The notes: generated by a model not told the origin, from the letters alone. DNA of 64,000 nucleotides from Mustelus asterias (GCF_964213995.1 NC_135819.1:1426001-1490000); one strand, 5' to 3'; shown: positions 39,001-48,908, counted from the first letter of the stretch. Numbers and translations are program-made.

Positions 39001-42000
39001 TATGTGAATAGGCAGGGAACAGAGGAATATGGACAATGCAGAGGCAAGAAAATATTAGATTAGAGAGGCAAAAGTGTCGGCACAGATCTGTTGGGCCAAA
39101 GGGCCTGTTCCTGTGCTGTACTGTTCTTTGTTCTTCTTTGAACCGCTGCAGTCCCTGTGGTGTAGGCCCACCCACAGTCTGTTAGGGAGGGAATTCCAGG
39201 ATTTTGACTCAGTGGCAGTGAAGGAACGGCCGATCTATTTCCAATTCAGGATTGTGTGTGTGAGGGGAACTTCCAGATGGTGGTGTTCCCATGTGTCTAC
39301 TGCCCCTGTCTTTCCAGGTGGTAGATGCCGTGGGTTTGGAAGGTGCTGCCGAAGGAACCTTGGTGAGTTGCTGCAATGCATCTTGTAGATGGTACACACT
39401 GCTCCCACTGTGCACAACAGTCACACAGAGGCCAGACCAGGAAGGAATGGCAGATTTCCATCCCAAAGCAAATCAATGAACAAAATGGGTTTAAATGACA
39501 ACAGGTAATGGTCACCATTACCGAGACTAATTTTATTGATTGAATTTAAATTCCACCAACCACCATGGTAGGATTTGAACTCATGTCCCCAGAGCATTAA
39601 CCAGGACTTCTGGACTACTAGTCCAGCAAGGTTACCACCACCTTCTCGGGGCAGCATGGTGGCACAGTTGTTAGCACTGCTGCCTCACAGCTCCAGGGAC
39701 CCAAGTTCAATTCCAGCCTTGGGTCACTGTCTGTGTGGAATTTGCACGTGCTCCCTGTGTCTGCCTGGGTTTCCTCCGGGTGCTCCGGTTTCCTCCCACT
39801 GTCCAAAGATGCGCAGGTTAGGTGGATTGGCCATGCTAAATTGCCCCTTAGTGTCCAAAGATGTGTGGGTTAGTTGGATTAGCCATGTTAAATTGCCCCT
39901 TCGTGTCCAAAGATGTGCAGGTTAGGTAGATTGGCCATGCTAAATTGCCCCTTAGTGTCCAAAGATGTGCCGGTTAGGTGGATTAGCCATGTTAAATTGC
40001 CCCTTAATGTCAGGGGGATTAGCAGGGTAAATACGTGGGGTTATGGGGATAGGACCTGGGTGAGATTGTTGTCGGTGCACACCCGACGGGTCGAATGATC
40101 CCATAGGGACTGCAGTGGTTCAAGAGGATGGCTTAGTGCCACCTTCTCAAGGGACAATTAGGGATGGGCAACAAGAATTGGCCTAGCCAATGACACCAAC
40201 AACCTGTGAAAGAACAAATGAGGGAAACAAGTTTCCCGCTCTAACTCTCCCTTCTGCACTGTTGGGATTCTATGCTAACGTAGAATCATATTACACTGAA
40301 GGCTTGTGTGGCCCAGCTTGGTTGTTCCAGTTCCCTGGAAGGACCATGTTCATTGTTTCCATCGCTGTGTGATAGAGTGTGAAAATACTGTCAACACAAT
40401 TATTATCAAATCCTTGCCTCATGATATTTTTGTTTTTTCCGCTCGTTATCAGCACTTTGCAATGCCTACAGAAGCTGCATTTCTTCCCCTTTATTCTCTG
40501 GTTAGAAATGATTCAGGCAGATAGGCTTCCTCTGGGTGCAATCAGATACCACATTGCACAACACCATACAGCTAGCATCGTGAAAAGAAGGAACCTTTCT
40601 CACAACTTGTCTTCCAAGAAAACTCTGTGTCACACTCTGTAGATTCAACTGTTCAATTCAATAAACAGTTCTTGCATTCTGTCCCAGCTTCATTTACGGG
40701 GTGTGGGCGTTGCTGGTTAGGCCAGCATTTATTGCTCATCCCTAATTGCCCCTTGAGAAGGTGGAGGTGAGCCGCCTTCTTAAGCCGCTGCAGACCCTGT
40801 GGTGTAGGTACACTCACAGTGCTGTTAGGGAGGGAGTTCCAGGATTTTGACCCAGCCACAGTGAAGGAACGGCCGATATATTTCCAAGTCAAGTGGCTTT
40901 GATGGGAGGCGCTAGGTGGTGTTCCCATGGGTCTTTGTCCTTCTAGGTGGGTATGGAAGGTGCTGCCTAAGGAACTTTGGTGAGGTGCTGCAGTGCATCT
41001 TGTAGATGGTACACACGACTGCCACTGTGCGTCGGTGGTGGAGGGAGTCAATATTTGTAGAGAGGGTGCCAATCAAGCGGGGCTGCTTTGTCCTGGATGG
41101 TGCCGAGCTTCTTGAGCGTAGTTGGAGCTGCACCCATCCAGACAAGTGGAGAGCATTCCATCACACTCCTGACTTGTGCTTTGTAGATGGTGGACAGTTT
41201 TTGGGGAATCAGGAGGTGACTTCATGCAGGATTCCCAGCCTCTGACCTGCTCATGTCATTTGCTGACAGCGAATAGTACAGAGACTTGTGAAGTTGAGAT
41301 TGACCTCCTTGGAGAAGAAGGGGGAAAGAGAAGATCAAATAGGGGTTCGAAGCGTAATGAGGGTTTTGGGAGAGCAAATAAGGAAAAATTGCTTCCAGTG
41401 GAAGGAGGGTCAGAGGTCACAGGTTTAAGGTGATTGGCAGAAGAACCAAAATCAACCGTTTCTTTTTACTCAACGTGTTGTCACAATCTGGAATGTGTTG
41501 CCTGAAAGAATGGTGGAAGCAGATTCCAAATTAACTTTCAAAAGAGGATTGATTCTAAGCCTAAAAATGAAAATTTTGCAAGGTAACGGACAACAATTCC
41601 TGTGAGGCTAACTGAAGAGTTCTTCCAAAGGACCAGCATCAGCACAATGGGGTGAATGGTCTCCTTGTGCACTGTACGATTTTATGAAATGGAATGATAT
41701 TCACAAATTACCAATGTGTTGGTGGCATTACCACTTCCAATAGTGTGGGCCCCTACTCTGAAACTTACTAAAGGACATACCATCAGATATTACTCCAACG
41801 CATCCACTTATTGTTCAGAATCATAGAATCCCTACAGTGCAGAAGGAGACCATTCGGCCCATTGAGTCTGTATCAACCACAATCCCACCCAGGCCATATT
41901 CCCGTAAGCCCGCATATCCCTCGACACTAGGGTCAATTTAGCATGGCCAATCAGCCTAACCTGCACATCTTTGGAGTGAGAGAGGAAACCGGAGCACCCG

Positions 42001-45000
42001 GAGGGAACCCACACAGACACGGGGAGAATGTGCAAACTCCACACAGACAGTGACTCGAGGCTAGAAATGAACCCAGCTCCCTGGCGCTGTGAGGCAGCAG
42101 TGCTAACCACTGTGCCACCGTGTCACCCCGTATCGTCTACGGTACACCTTATGTGGCTGAGATCGTTCATTTTACAACAGTGATCCCAGTCATCTTCACA
42201 CCTCTGAGTATTGTAAAGGAAAATCACAATCAAGGAAGTCCTCTAAACATCTGTACCATTTCTCCGTTGCGAACGTGCAGTCACTCGTTATTCCACCCAT
42301 GCAGAGGAGATTGACAAGAATGTTGCCAGGGGCTGTGATGCACTATCAATCAAGCAAAGACTAGTTTGTGTGCGAGAACAAATAGGCTTTTATTCGCAAA
42401 AGACTTGGCGCACACCCATGCCGATGAACTGGTCCAGAGACTGAGGCAGGGGGTGGGGAGCAGTCACCTTTATACCTGGACCAGGGGGGAGGAGTACCAG
42501 GCTGGGCCAGCAGGGGCATGTCCAGGCATGTCACACACACACACACAGGCAATAAGCTAACAGTGGTTTACCACAGGCTGAAAATTTCTGCAATGAGGAG
42601 AGATTGGATAGGCCGGGGTTGTTTCCTTTAGAACAGAGGCAGCTCAGGGTTGACCTAATGAGGGGGCTAGACAGGGTAGACGGGTAAAACTTGTTTCCCC
42701 CTAGCTGAGGGGTCTATTACCAGGGGGTATAGACTTAAGGTGATTGGTAGAAGGATTAGAGGGGACATGAGGAAAAATGTTTTCATCCAGAGGGTGGTGG
42801 GCATCTGGAATTCACTGCCTAAGTTGGTGATTGAGGCTGAAATGCTCAACTCATTGAACAGGTACCTGGATCTGTATCTGAAACCTGCGAGGCTACAAAG
42901 AACAAAACAAAGTACAGCACAGGAACAGGCCCTTCAGCCTCCAAGACCGAGCCGATCATGATGCCCTAACTAAACTAAATAAAACCTTCTGCCCTTACCT
43001 GGCCCGTATCCCTCCATCCCCTCCCTATTCATGGACCCATCCGGATGCCTCTTAAATGTTGCTAATGTGCCTGCTTCCACCACCTCCTCTGGCAGCATGT
43101 TCCAGGCACCACCATTCTCTGCGTGAACAACTTCCCCCGCACATCTCCTTTAAACTTACACCCTCTCACTTTGAGCCTGTGCCCCCTTGTAATGGACACT
43201 TCCACCCTGGGGAAAAAAGCCTCTGATTATCCACACTGCATACACCTCTCATAATTTTGTGGACCTCTATCAAGTCTCCCCTCAGCCTCCGTCTTTCCAG
43301 TGAAAACAATCCTAGTTTATTCTTTGCACTCTCTCCAAAGCTTCCACGTCCTTCTGGTAGTGTGGTGACCAGAACTACACGCAATACTCCAAATGCGGCC
43401 TCACCAAGGTTTTATATAGCTGCAACATGATTTCCCAACTCTTGTACTCAATGTCCAAAAGCATTGCCCAAGTAATGCCCAAATGGACCAGGTGCTGGAA
43501 AGTGGCATTAAAATAAGCAACAATTTCTATTTTTGCTATTTTAGCTGGCACAGACACGATGGGTTGAATGGTCTCGTTCTGGCTGTCGCTTTGCCAAGGT
43601 TGTCAGGGGACATTGTACAGTTAGCATCTCAGTTGAAAAGTGTGCAGTGAGGAGAAAACAAAGGAAGAAATTGCATTTACATTATTTTAATTTTCATTTT
43701 TGAGTCGTGGGCGTTGCTGGCTGGCCGGTATTTGTTGAAAATCTCGAGTTGCCTTTGGAAGGCCACATTTCCGTGGCTCTTGAGGTCACATGTAGGCCAG
43801 ACTGGGTAAGGATGACAAATTTCCTTCCCTAAAGGACATTAGTGAACCAGATGGGTTTTTCCGACAATCGACAATGGTTTCAAGGTCATCAGTAGATTCT
43901 TAATACCAGATATTTTTTATTGAATTCAAATTCCACCATCTGCCGTGGCAGGATTCGAACCCAGGTCCCCAGAACATCAGCTGAGTTTCAGGGCTAATAT
44001 TCTAGTGATAATACCTCTACACCATCGCCTCCCCTTAGCACCTTTCACAATCACAGGCCACCTAAAAGAGCATTGCAACCAGTGAAGTACTTTTGAAGTC
44101 TAGTCACTGTTTCAACATCGGCAATGAGGGAGACAATATGTGCACAGCAAGATCCCATAGCCAGCACTGACATATTGACTGGATAATCTAGGACCGCAGT
44201 ACTGGTTGAGGGTGAAGGGACCCTAAATCCACTGTGAAAAGCGAATACCAAATGTGGAGAGCTTTATACTCAATGTATGTAAGGATCTAGGTGATAATCT
44301 CTTCGGAAATTCATGATGCAATAATCTTTCAATCACCTTTGCACTCCTCCGGCACCATAGAATCATAGAATCCCTACAGTGCAGAAGGAGGCCATTCAGC
44401 CCATCAAGTCTGCACTGACCACAATTCCACCCAGGCTCTATCCCCATAGCCCCATGCATTTACCCCAGCTCGTCCCCCTGACACTAAGAGGCAATTTAGC
44501 ATGGCCAATCCACCTAACCTGCACATCTTTGGACACTAAGAGGCAATTTAGCATGGCCAATCCACCTAACCTGCACATCTTTGGACACTAAGAGGCAATT
44601 TAGCATGGCCAATCCACTTAACCTGCACATCTTTGGACACTAAGGGGCAATTTAGCGTGGCCAATCCACCTAACCTGCACACCTTTGGACACTAAGGGAC
44701 AATTTAGCATGGCCAATCCACCTAACCCGCACATCTTTGGACATTAAGGGGCAATTTAGCATGGCCAATCCACCTAACCCGCACATCTTTGGATATTAAG
44801 GGGCAATTTAGCATGGCCAATGCACCTAACCTGCATATCTTTTGACATTGGGAGGAAACTCTCAATCGGGTGGACTCTCAGAAGCTTTTTCCCAGGGTGG
44901 AAATGGCTGCTACGAGAGGACACAGGTTTAAGGCGCTGGGGTGTAGGTACAGGGGAAATGTTAGGGGGAAGTTTTTCACACAGAGGGTGGTGGGCGAGTG

Positions 45001-48000
45001 GAATCGGCTGCCATCAGTGGTGGTGGAGGCAAACTCAATAGGGTCTTTTAAGAGACTCCTGGATGAGTACATGGGACTTAATAGGATAGAGGGTTATAGG
45101 TAGGCCTAAAAGGTAGGGATATGTTCGGCACAACTTGTGGGGCCGAAGGGCCTGTTTTGTGCTGTAGCTTTCTATGTTTCTATGTTTCTAAACTGGAGCA
45201 TCTGGAAGAAACCCACGGAGACGTAAGGAGAACGTGCAAACTCCACACAGAGAGTCACTCAAGGCCACAAATGAAACCCGGTCCCTAGAGCTGTGAGGCA
45301 GCACTGCTAACCACTGTGCCATCCCAACCTGAAAATCCTTCCAAACATGCCAATGGCTGGCAGTAAGAGCGGGAGAGACTCCTGGCCATGCTTGGTGTGG
45401 AGTGGCACTCCCTCAAGCCAAAAGTCTCTGGTGACAGACTAGCAACCTGTTCCGGGAATGACTAGCTATGGAGACAGAAGAAAGCCAGCCTTAGTGCGCC
45501 ACTAGATGCGGGAAGGGAATTGGGCATTTCTAATTCACCACCTGAATAAAAGGTAAGGCCACCAATAAAAGCCAGCTGCCCAGCAGCCATTTTATGCTGG
45601 AAGCAGAGTTCATTGGTTGAGGATGGGACTTCCACCCAGAGCAGCCAGCCAGTCTGATTGGCCAGCCGCTCTGTAATCTCAGCAGCGCCAGGTTGGAGTG
45701 GTGGCCACCGCTGGGACTGCAGGCAATTCTCAAAGGGGAGGAGGTTCATGCCAGTGGGGAACTGTCAAATCCAGCCCCGTGTTTCAGGTGGACAACCTTT
45801 CATCAGAATGGGAAGAAGAGGCAAGGAAAGGGGGGAGGATGGGATGCACACATGGGAATGTGTATGATAGGGTGGAAGGCAGGGGAAATCAAATGACAAA
45901 AGGGCAGATGGTGCAAGGAATAGGGAGAATTCAAATAAGTCTGGTGTATCTGCTGGACCTGTCCGGGAGACTCTTGGGGGGAGGGGGGTGGGGGGGGGGG
46001 GGGGGGGTCAGTCTTGGGCGACCAAAGGTTGAGAGTTAAAGATGGAGTATGACCTTGGGAGTAGGGTGTAACCAATGGGAACAACAGGAAGATCATCAAA
46101 GGGGCCCCCTTATCCTCAAACTATGACCCCCTAGTTCTGGGCTCCCCGACCATCGGGAACATTCTTTCTGAATCTACCCTGTCTAACCTTGTTAGAATTT
46201 TATAAGTTTCTGTGAGATCCCCTCTCACTCTTCCAAGCTCCAATGAATACAATCCTAACCGACTTAGACTCTCCTTATTTGACAGACCTGCCATCCCAGC
46301 TATCAGTCTGGTAAACCTTCACTGCGCTCCCTCTGAAGCAAGGACATCCTTTCTCAGATAAGGACACCAAAACTGCACACAATGTTCCGGGTGTGGCCTC
46401 ATCAGTTGCAGCAAAACATCTCTTTTCTGAAACTCAAACTGGGAGTAGGACAGAGAATTAAAATAGCCGGTGACAGAAGCTCAGGGTCACATGCTTGCTC
46501 GCACCTAGGCGAACACGTTCTCATATTGAGCGATTTCTCCTTTGATGCCTGTTACTTCCTCTAAATAAAAAGCATTACAATAGGAACCTGTCTGTGTCCG
46601 AGCTACACCTGCTTTTTAGAGGCCATATAGAACATGCTTTTTTCCAATCCTACTAAGGTCCCCTCCATCACCAATTCCAGTGGACAGAAGATTCTATTGG
46701 TGATGATTCCTGTTCTTGCCTCAAATTGGAAAATGTCATCAAATTTCACCCCTTCCCTCCCTTTTGTGTGGCCCACCTCTGACTCTCCCCTGCCCTACTT
46801 TGACTTCTTCCCCTCCATTACTGGGTTTAGGCGGTCAACAAATATTTGTCAACAGGCCACAGATTCTCACAGCTACTTCGATCACATTCCCTCACACTCC
46901 CCCCTTCCTGTAAAAACTCCATCCTCCCAGTTTCCCTGGTCTCCTTCATGTCTGTTCAACATCAGCGCCTCTGATACTGAGGATTCCCTTGCACCACCAT
47001 CACCTCGACCCTGTTCGTTCCATTTCCTGCCCTCACCCCTTCCATGTTTTCCCAGAACAACGGCTCCCCTTGTCCTCACTCTCTGTCCCAAACAGCCTCG
47101 TAATCACTGGATCATCCTCCATCGATTCCATCACCACCAATGTGAGGACACCACCAAACCCACCCATCGGTTAGCACTGCTGCCTCACAGCGCCAGGGAC
47201 ACGGGTTCAATTCCAGCCTTGGCTCACTGTCTGTGTGGAGTCTGCATATTCTCCCCGTGTCTGCGTGGGTTTCCTCCGGGTGCTCCGGTTTCCTCATACA
47301 GTCTGAAAGACGTGCTGGTTAGGGTGCATTGGCCATGCTAAATTCTCTCTCAGTGTACCCGAACAGGCGCCGGAGTGTGGCGAATAGGGGATTTTCACAG
47401 TAACTTCATTGCAGCGTTAATGCAAGCTTACACTAATAAATAAACTGAAACTTCCCATCCATTTCCCATTTTAGCAAGGGGGGGGTGATGGCGTAGTGAT
47501 ATTGTCACTGGACTAGTGACCCAATGTAATCTTCCAAGACCACGGCAGATAGTGAAATTTGAATTCAATAAACAGCAAACCTGAATTTAAAAAAGTCGAC
47601 TGGTGACCATGAAACCATTGTTGATTCTTGTAAAAACCCATCTGGTTCACTCATGCACCTTTAGGGAAGGGAATCTGCCGTCCTTACCCGGTCTGGCCTC
47701 CATGTGACTCTAGAGCAATGTGGGTGACCCTCAACAGCCCTCGGGCAACTAGGGATGGGCAATAAATGCTGTAAGAAGTCTCACAACACCAGGTTAAAGT
47801 CCAACAGGTTAAACCTGTTGGACTTTAACCTGGTGTTGTGAGACTTCTTACTGTGCTTACCCCAGTCCAACGCCGGCATCTCCACATCAATAAATGCTGG
47901 CCAGCCAGAGACGCCTGTGTCCCACGAATGAATTTTTAAAAAAGCTACACACCACCCTGACTTGGAAATATATCTCCGTTCCTTCCCTGACATTGGGTCA

Positions 48001-48380
48001 AAACTCAGAAACTCCCTCCCTGGCAACACTGTGGGTGCGCCTATAGCAGATTGACTGCGATGTTTTAAGAAGCGTTCTCACCTTCCCAATTACGGACAGC
48101 TCGGGATGGGCAATAAATATCGAAATGTAAACATTGACCCTGCACGCCACAAATGAATAAAGAGAAACAGTTCCATGAGCAGGGATTACAATTCAAACTC
48201 CAATTCAAGAAAGGCTACAACACTAAAAGGACAAGGTTAATGGCTCTTAACTTCTTACTCAGGTAAATGTATTAAAACAGTTATAAAAATGAACATTCAT
48301 TATATTATGCATAAACTTGTACATACAAAGGTAATCATGCCAAACTCACCATGAAACACCAAACAATGCCGAGTCTTCAT
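1..48380 (-). CDS. ADGRE1-like: Multi-exon ADGRE/EMR-family adhesion GPCR-like gene with three N-terminal TIM-type IgV domains; 3' partial (rest of GAIN, GPS and 7TM lie left of the window)
   Basis: Ten coding exons with canonical AG/GT splice sites and compatible phases (1,1,1,1,1,0,0,1,1) give one open frame: [25 protein letters not shown]/IgV/IgV/Ig[57 protein letters not shown]. The C-terminal exons align by eye to the EMR1 stalk and GAIN region. Family is well supported; orthology is not established. Confidence 0.8.
1457..2052 (+). mobile_element. Rex1/Babar-type LINE 3' fragment
   Basis: Degenerate [20 protein letters not shown]-terminus and (AAATC)n tail. Confidence 0.8.
2193..2312 (-). 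CDS. ADGRE1-like: ADGRE-like GAIN exon ([40 protein letters not shown])
   Basis: 120 bp, phase 1-1, ttattcccaccag / gtatgt. Resembles EMR1 DIESKVI..LDLVAKGDKMKIGCSTI. Confidence 0.85.
2437..3075 (-). mobile_element. CR1 LINE 3' fragment
   Basis: [12 protein letters not shown] and [15 protein letters not shown] motifs, short tandem tail. Confidence 0.85.
3430..3958. mobile_element. CR1 3' fragments in opposite orientations (3430-3560 minus, 3562-3958 plus)
   Basis: CR1 3' UTR and degenerate [10 protein letters not shown] sequence. Confidence 0.7.
4106..4283 (-). CDS. ADGRE1-like: ADGRE-like GAIN subdomain-A exon ([59 protein letters not shown])
   Basis: 178 bp, phase 0-1, actcggcag / gtaaag. 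Contains W....E...A..FLE..ES as in EMR1 and CD97. Confidence 0.88.
4463..5040 (+). mobile_element. HE1/V-SINE-type tRNA SINE with an expanded internal ~52-bp tandem array (about 6 copies)
   Basis: A/B-box head GGCACAGTGGTTAG..GTTCAATT. Repeated unit GATGTG..GGTTAG.TGGATTGGCCATGCTAAATTGCCCCTTAGTGTCCAAA. Confidence 0.85.
5197..5405 (+). mobile_element. Diverged U2-snRNA-related repeat, related to the 52987-54476 element
   Basis: CATCTCGGCCTTTTGGCCAAAATCAAG resembles the U2 5' end. The body AGATCAAG..TCTTGTCA.CT.GGA is shared with the 53-kb element. Confidence 0.5.
6390..6918 (+). mobile_element. CR1 LINE 3' fragment
   Basis: [31 protein letters not shown]. Confidence 0.85.
7087..7179 (-). CDS. 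ADGRE1-like: ADGRE-like stalk exon ([31 protein letters not shown])
   Basis: 93 bp, phase 0-0, aaacaaacag / gtgagt. Resembles EMR1 FCAQINNIFSVLDKVCENKTTVVSLK. Confidence 0.8.
7715..9330. mobile_element. Non-autonomous Harbinger-like DNA element inserted in a Rex fragment
   Basis: Imperfect terminal inverted repeats GGACCCGATTTTACCA / TGGTAAATTAGGTCC. Its 5' part is homologous to 3317-3430 and to the transposase-bearing copy at 51250. Confidence 0.65.
8020..9000. repeat. G-rich minisatellite, ~44-45-bp unit, about 21 copies
   Basis: Unit GAGATCAGTGAGGGGGAAAGGGGGGTCCGCTGCCACTCTGCCT. Confidence 0.95.
9728..11980. mobile_element. Penelope-like element as a palindromic insertion (RT C-terminus and GIY-YIG endonuclease)
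   Basis: Minus-strand [17 protein letters not shown]. Plus-strand [24 protein letters not shown]. Arms ~9765-10650 and 11092-11980 are inverted copies. 15-bp TSD CATTGTTTCAGGAAT. Confidence 0.92.
11888..11924 (+). ncRNA. Minimal hammerhead ribozyme motif in the Penelope repeat; inverted copy at ~9824-9860
   Basis: CAC-CTGAAGA-stem II-GAAAGC-TT-GTG. Stem II is imperfect in this copy. Confidence 0.6.
12335..12396 (-). CDS. ADGRE1-like: ADGRE-like stalk exon ([21 protein letters not shown])
   Basis: 62 bp, phase 1-0, tgtgttttcag / gtaaga. Resembles the post-EGF segment of EMR1 (RVLFKC...QQCQ). Confidence 0.78.
12507..12996 (+). mobile_element. Rex1/Babar LINE 3' fragment; duplicated copies at 14167-14510 and 15250-15680
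   Basis: [42 protein letters not shown]. Confidence 0.88.
13621..13956 (-). CDS. TIM/HAVCR-like IgV domain exon, domain 3 (membrane-proximal)
   Basis: 336 bp, phase 1-1, cctttttgcag / gtgagt. TIM signature LPC.Y..MCWG..C...C..VSLTI..D.G.YCCRVE. Has seven Cys. Confidence 0.92.
14704..15039 (-). CDS. TIM/HAVCR-like IgV domain exon, domain 2
   Basis: 336 bp, phase 1-1, intact splice sites. Six-Cys TIM pattern with RGDVSLTI. Confidence 0.92.
18297..18358 (+). mobile_element. Very short CR1 3'-end insertion
   Basis: Matches the 3' terminus of the CR1 at 54395-54458. Flanked by TACA(C/T)T. Confidence 0.7.
19370..20360 (-). mobile_element. Young 5'-truncated CR1 inserted into CR1 ORF1
   Basis: Open RT C-terminal frame (19465-20286), (AGAACATA)n tail, TSD GTTAG. 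Confidence 0.92.
23275..23292 (+). promoter_or_regulatory. Primer-binding site, tRNA-Thr(AGU)
   Basis: TGGAGGCACCGCTGGGAT is complementary to the 3' end of vertebrate tRNA-Thr(AGU) (..AUCCCAGCGGUGCCUCCA). Confidence 0.85.
23406..24826 (+). pseudogene. gag: Gypsy gag, PNMA/MOAP1-like, with one frameshift near 23730
   Basis: [23 protein letters not shown]....[13 protein letters not shown]. Zinc knuckle [14 protein letters not shown]. Confidence 0.9.
24830..29671 (+). pseudogene. pol: Gypsy pol (protease, dUTPase-like spacer, RT, RNase H, integrase), disrupted
   Basis: [27 protein letters not shown] motif, [14 protein letters not shown]. Several frameshifts and a SINE inside RT. Confidence 0.93.
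26358..26712 (+). mobile_element. Full-length young HE1-type SINE inside the Gypsy RT
   Basis: TSD GAACACG (26351-26357 and 26713-26719), (TCTATGATT)n tail. Confidence 0.95.
30985..31262 (-). mobile_element. tRNA-derived V-SINE variant with a CACTAATAAATAAAC tail; similar copies at 33954-34266, 47169-47450 and 50911-51215
   Basis: HE1-like head and core with a different 3' tail. Confidence 0.75.
31496..31834 (-). CDS. TIM/HAVCR-like IgV domain exon, domain 1 (N-terminal)
   Basis: 339 bp, phase 1-1. [13 protein letters not shown] resembles the TIM-1/TIM-4 FG-loop motif [12 protein letters not shown] as in TIM-4. Confidence 0.93.
32392..33085. mobile_element. Probable Harbinger-type non-autonomous element inserted in a CR1 fragment
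   Basis: GC-rich body with ends GGCCGGGATTCTCC / GGAATAACCCCC. The CR1 fragment resumes on both sides. Confidence 0.45.
35015..35522 (-). mobile_element. CR1/L2-group LINE 3' fragment; related pieces at 39140-39412 and 40690-41255
   Basis: [27 protein letters not shown]. Confidence 0.75.
35845..35889 (-). CDS. Second leader exon ([15 protein letters not shown])
   Basis: 45 bp, phase 1-1, ttgtttcctag / gtaagt, in non-repetitive DNA. Completes a hydrophobic leader ending in S-E-A. Confidence 0.65.
36655..37130 (+). mobile_element. Rex1/Babar LINE 3' fragment, second subfamily
   Basis: [31 protein letters not shown]. Confidence 0.75.
37358..38190. repeat. G-rich minisatellite, 16-bp unit GGGAACGTGTGGGGGT, about 45-50 copies
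   Basis: Direct tandem array. The long Pro/His and Gly/Trp ORFs here are artefacts of the repeat. Confidence 0.95.
38607..40097 (+). mobile_element. Cluster of HE1-type SINEs (38607-38918, 39649-40097) and LINE fragments
   Basis: tRNA-like heads and 52-bp internal repeats. Confidence 0.75.
41817..42128 (-). mobile_element. HE1-type SINE
   Basis: Complete head to tail on the minus strand. Confidence 0.85.
42336..42575 (-). mobile_element. Solo LTR, Mag-type Gypsy related
   Basis: TGTGGTAAACCAC...GCATCA termini resemble the LTR at 59388. TATA and AATAAA present. 5-bp TSD GGCTG. Confidence 0.85.
42895..43455 (-). mobile_element. CR1 3' fragment
   Basis: [14 protein letters not shown] and [11 protein letters not shown]. 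Confidence 0.8.
44357..45322 (-). mobile_element. HE1-type SINE with about 7 copies of the 52-bp unit, interrupted by a plus-strand CR1 3' end (44867-45189)
   Basis: Tandem array at 44480-44848. CR1 [14 protein letters not shown] and (TTTCTATG)n tail. Confidence 0.85.
46600..47165 (+). mobile_element. Highly degenerate Penelope-like RT remnant
   Basis: Remnants of SLP(F/Y)xD..STNI..TDSHSY.D...SH and PLVLT... Confidence 0.5.
47772..47888. mobile_element. Tiny hairpin Penelope-terminus insertion inside a SINE
   Basis: ~39-bp inverted arms. TSD AATAAATGCTG. Confidence 0.88.
48350..48380 (-). CDS. First coding exon, start of signal peptide ([10 protein letters not shown]); whole exon 48350-48418 including 5' UTR
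   Basis: ATG with A at -3, donor gtgagt in phase 1, acceptor tgtgcacag at 48419-48420. Confidence 0.68.
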
Positions 48381-48665
48381 CTTTCTGGTGTGCTTTAGAT
48401 CGAAGCAGCCCCAGAAACCTGTGCACATTTGAGAAGAGAATTATGATTACACTCGCGTCTGCAATGTTAAGATGAATTGATGGTGTGAGCTGATTAGCCC
48501 TTCAACTTAGCCCGTGGCTCAGTGGGCTGGTTCTCCCGTCCCTGGACTGTGGGTTTCAGCTCCACTCCAGAGATCTGAGCGCATCCTCGAGGTTGGGCCT
48601 CAGGAACAGTCCAGAGAGAGTGCCTCTGGAGGTCCTATCGACCCTCTCAGGCAGATGTGAAAGAT

Positions 48666-48908
48666 GATGTGGAGATGCCGGCGTTGGACTGGGGTAAACA
48701 CAGTAAGAGTTTTAACAACACCAGGTTAAAGTCCATCAGGTTTATTTGGTAGCAAATGCCATTAGCTTTCCTACCATTATTCCTGCCATTTATCTGCCAT
48801 TAGCAGATATCCACTCCATCTGACGAAGGAGCAGCGCTCCGAAAGCTAATGGCATTTGCTACCAAATAAACCTGTTGGGACTTCAACCTGGTGTTGTTAA
48901 AACTCTTA
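48666..48908. mobile_element. Short palindromic Penelope insertion with a hammerhead motif (48816-48852)
   Basis: TSD GATGTGAAAGAT. CCAT-CTGACGA-A-GGAGC agc GCTCC-GAAAGC-TA-ATGG. Confidence 0.88.
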
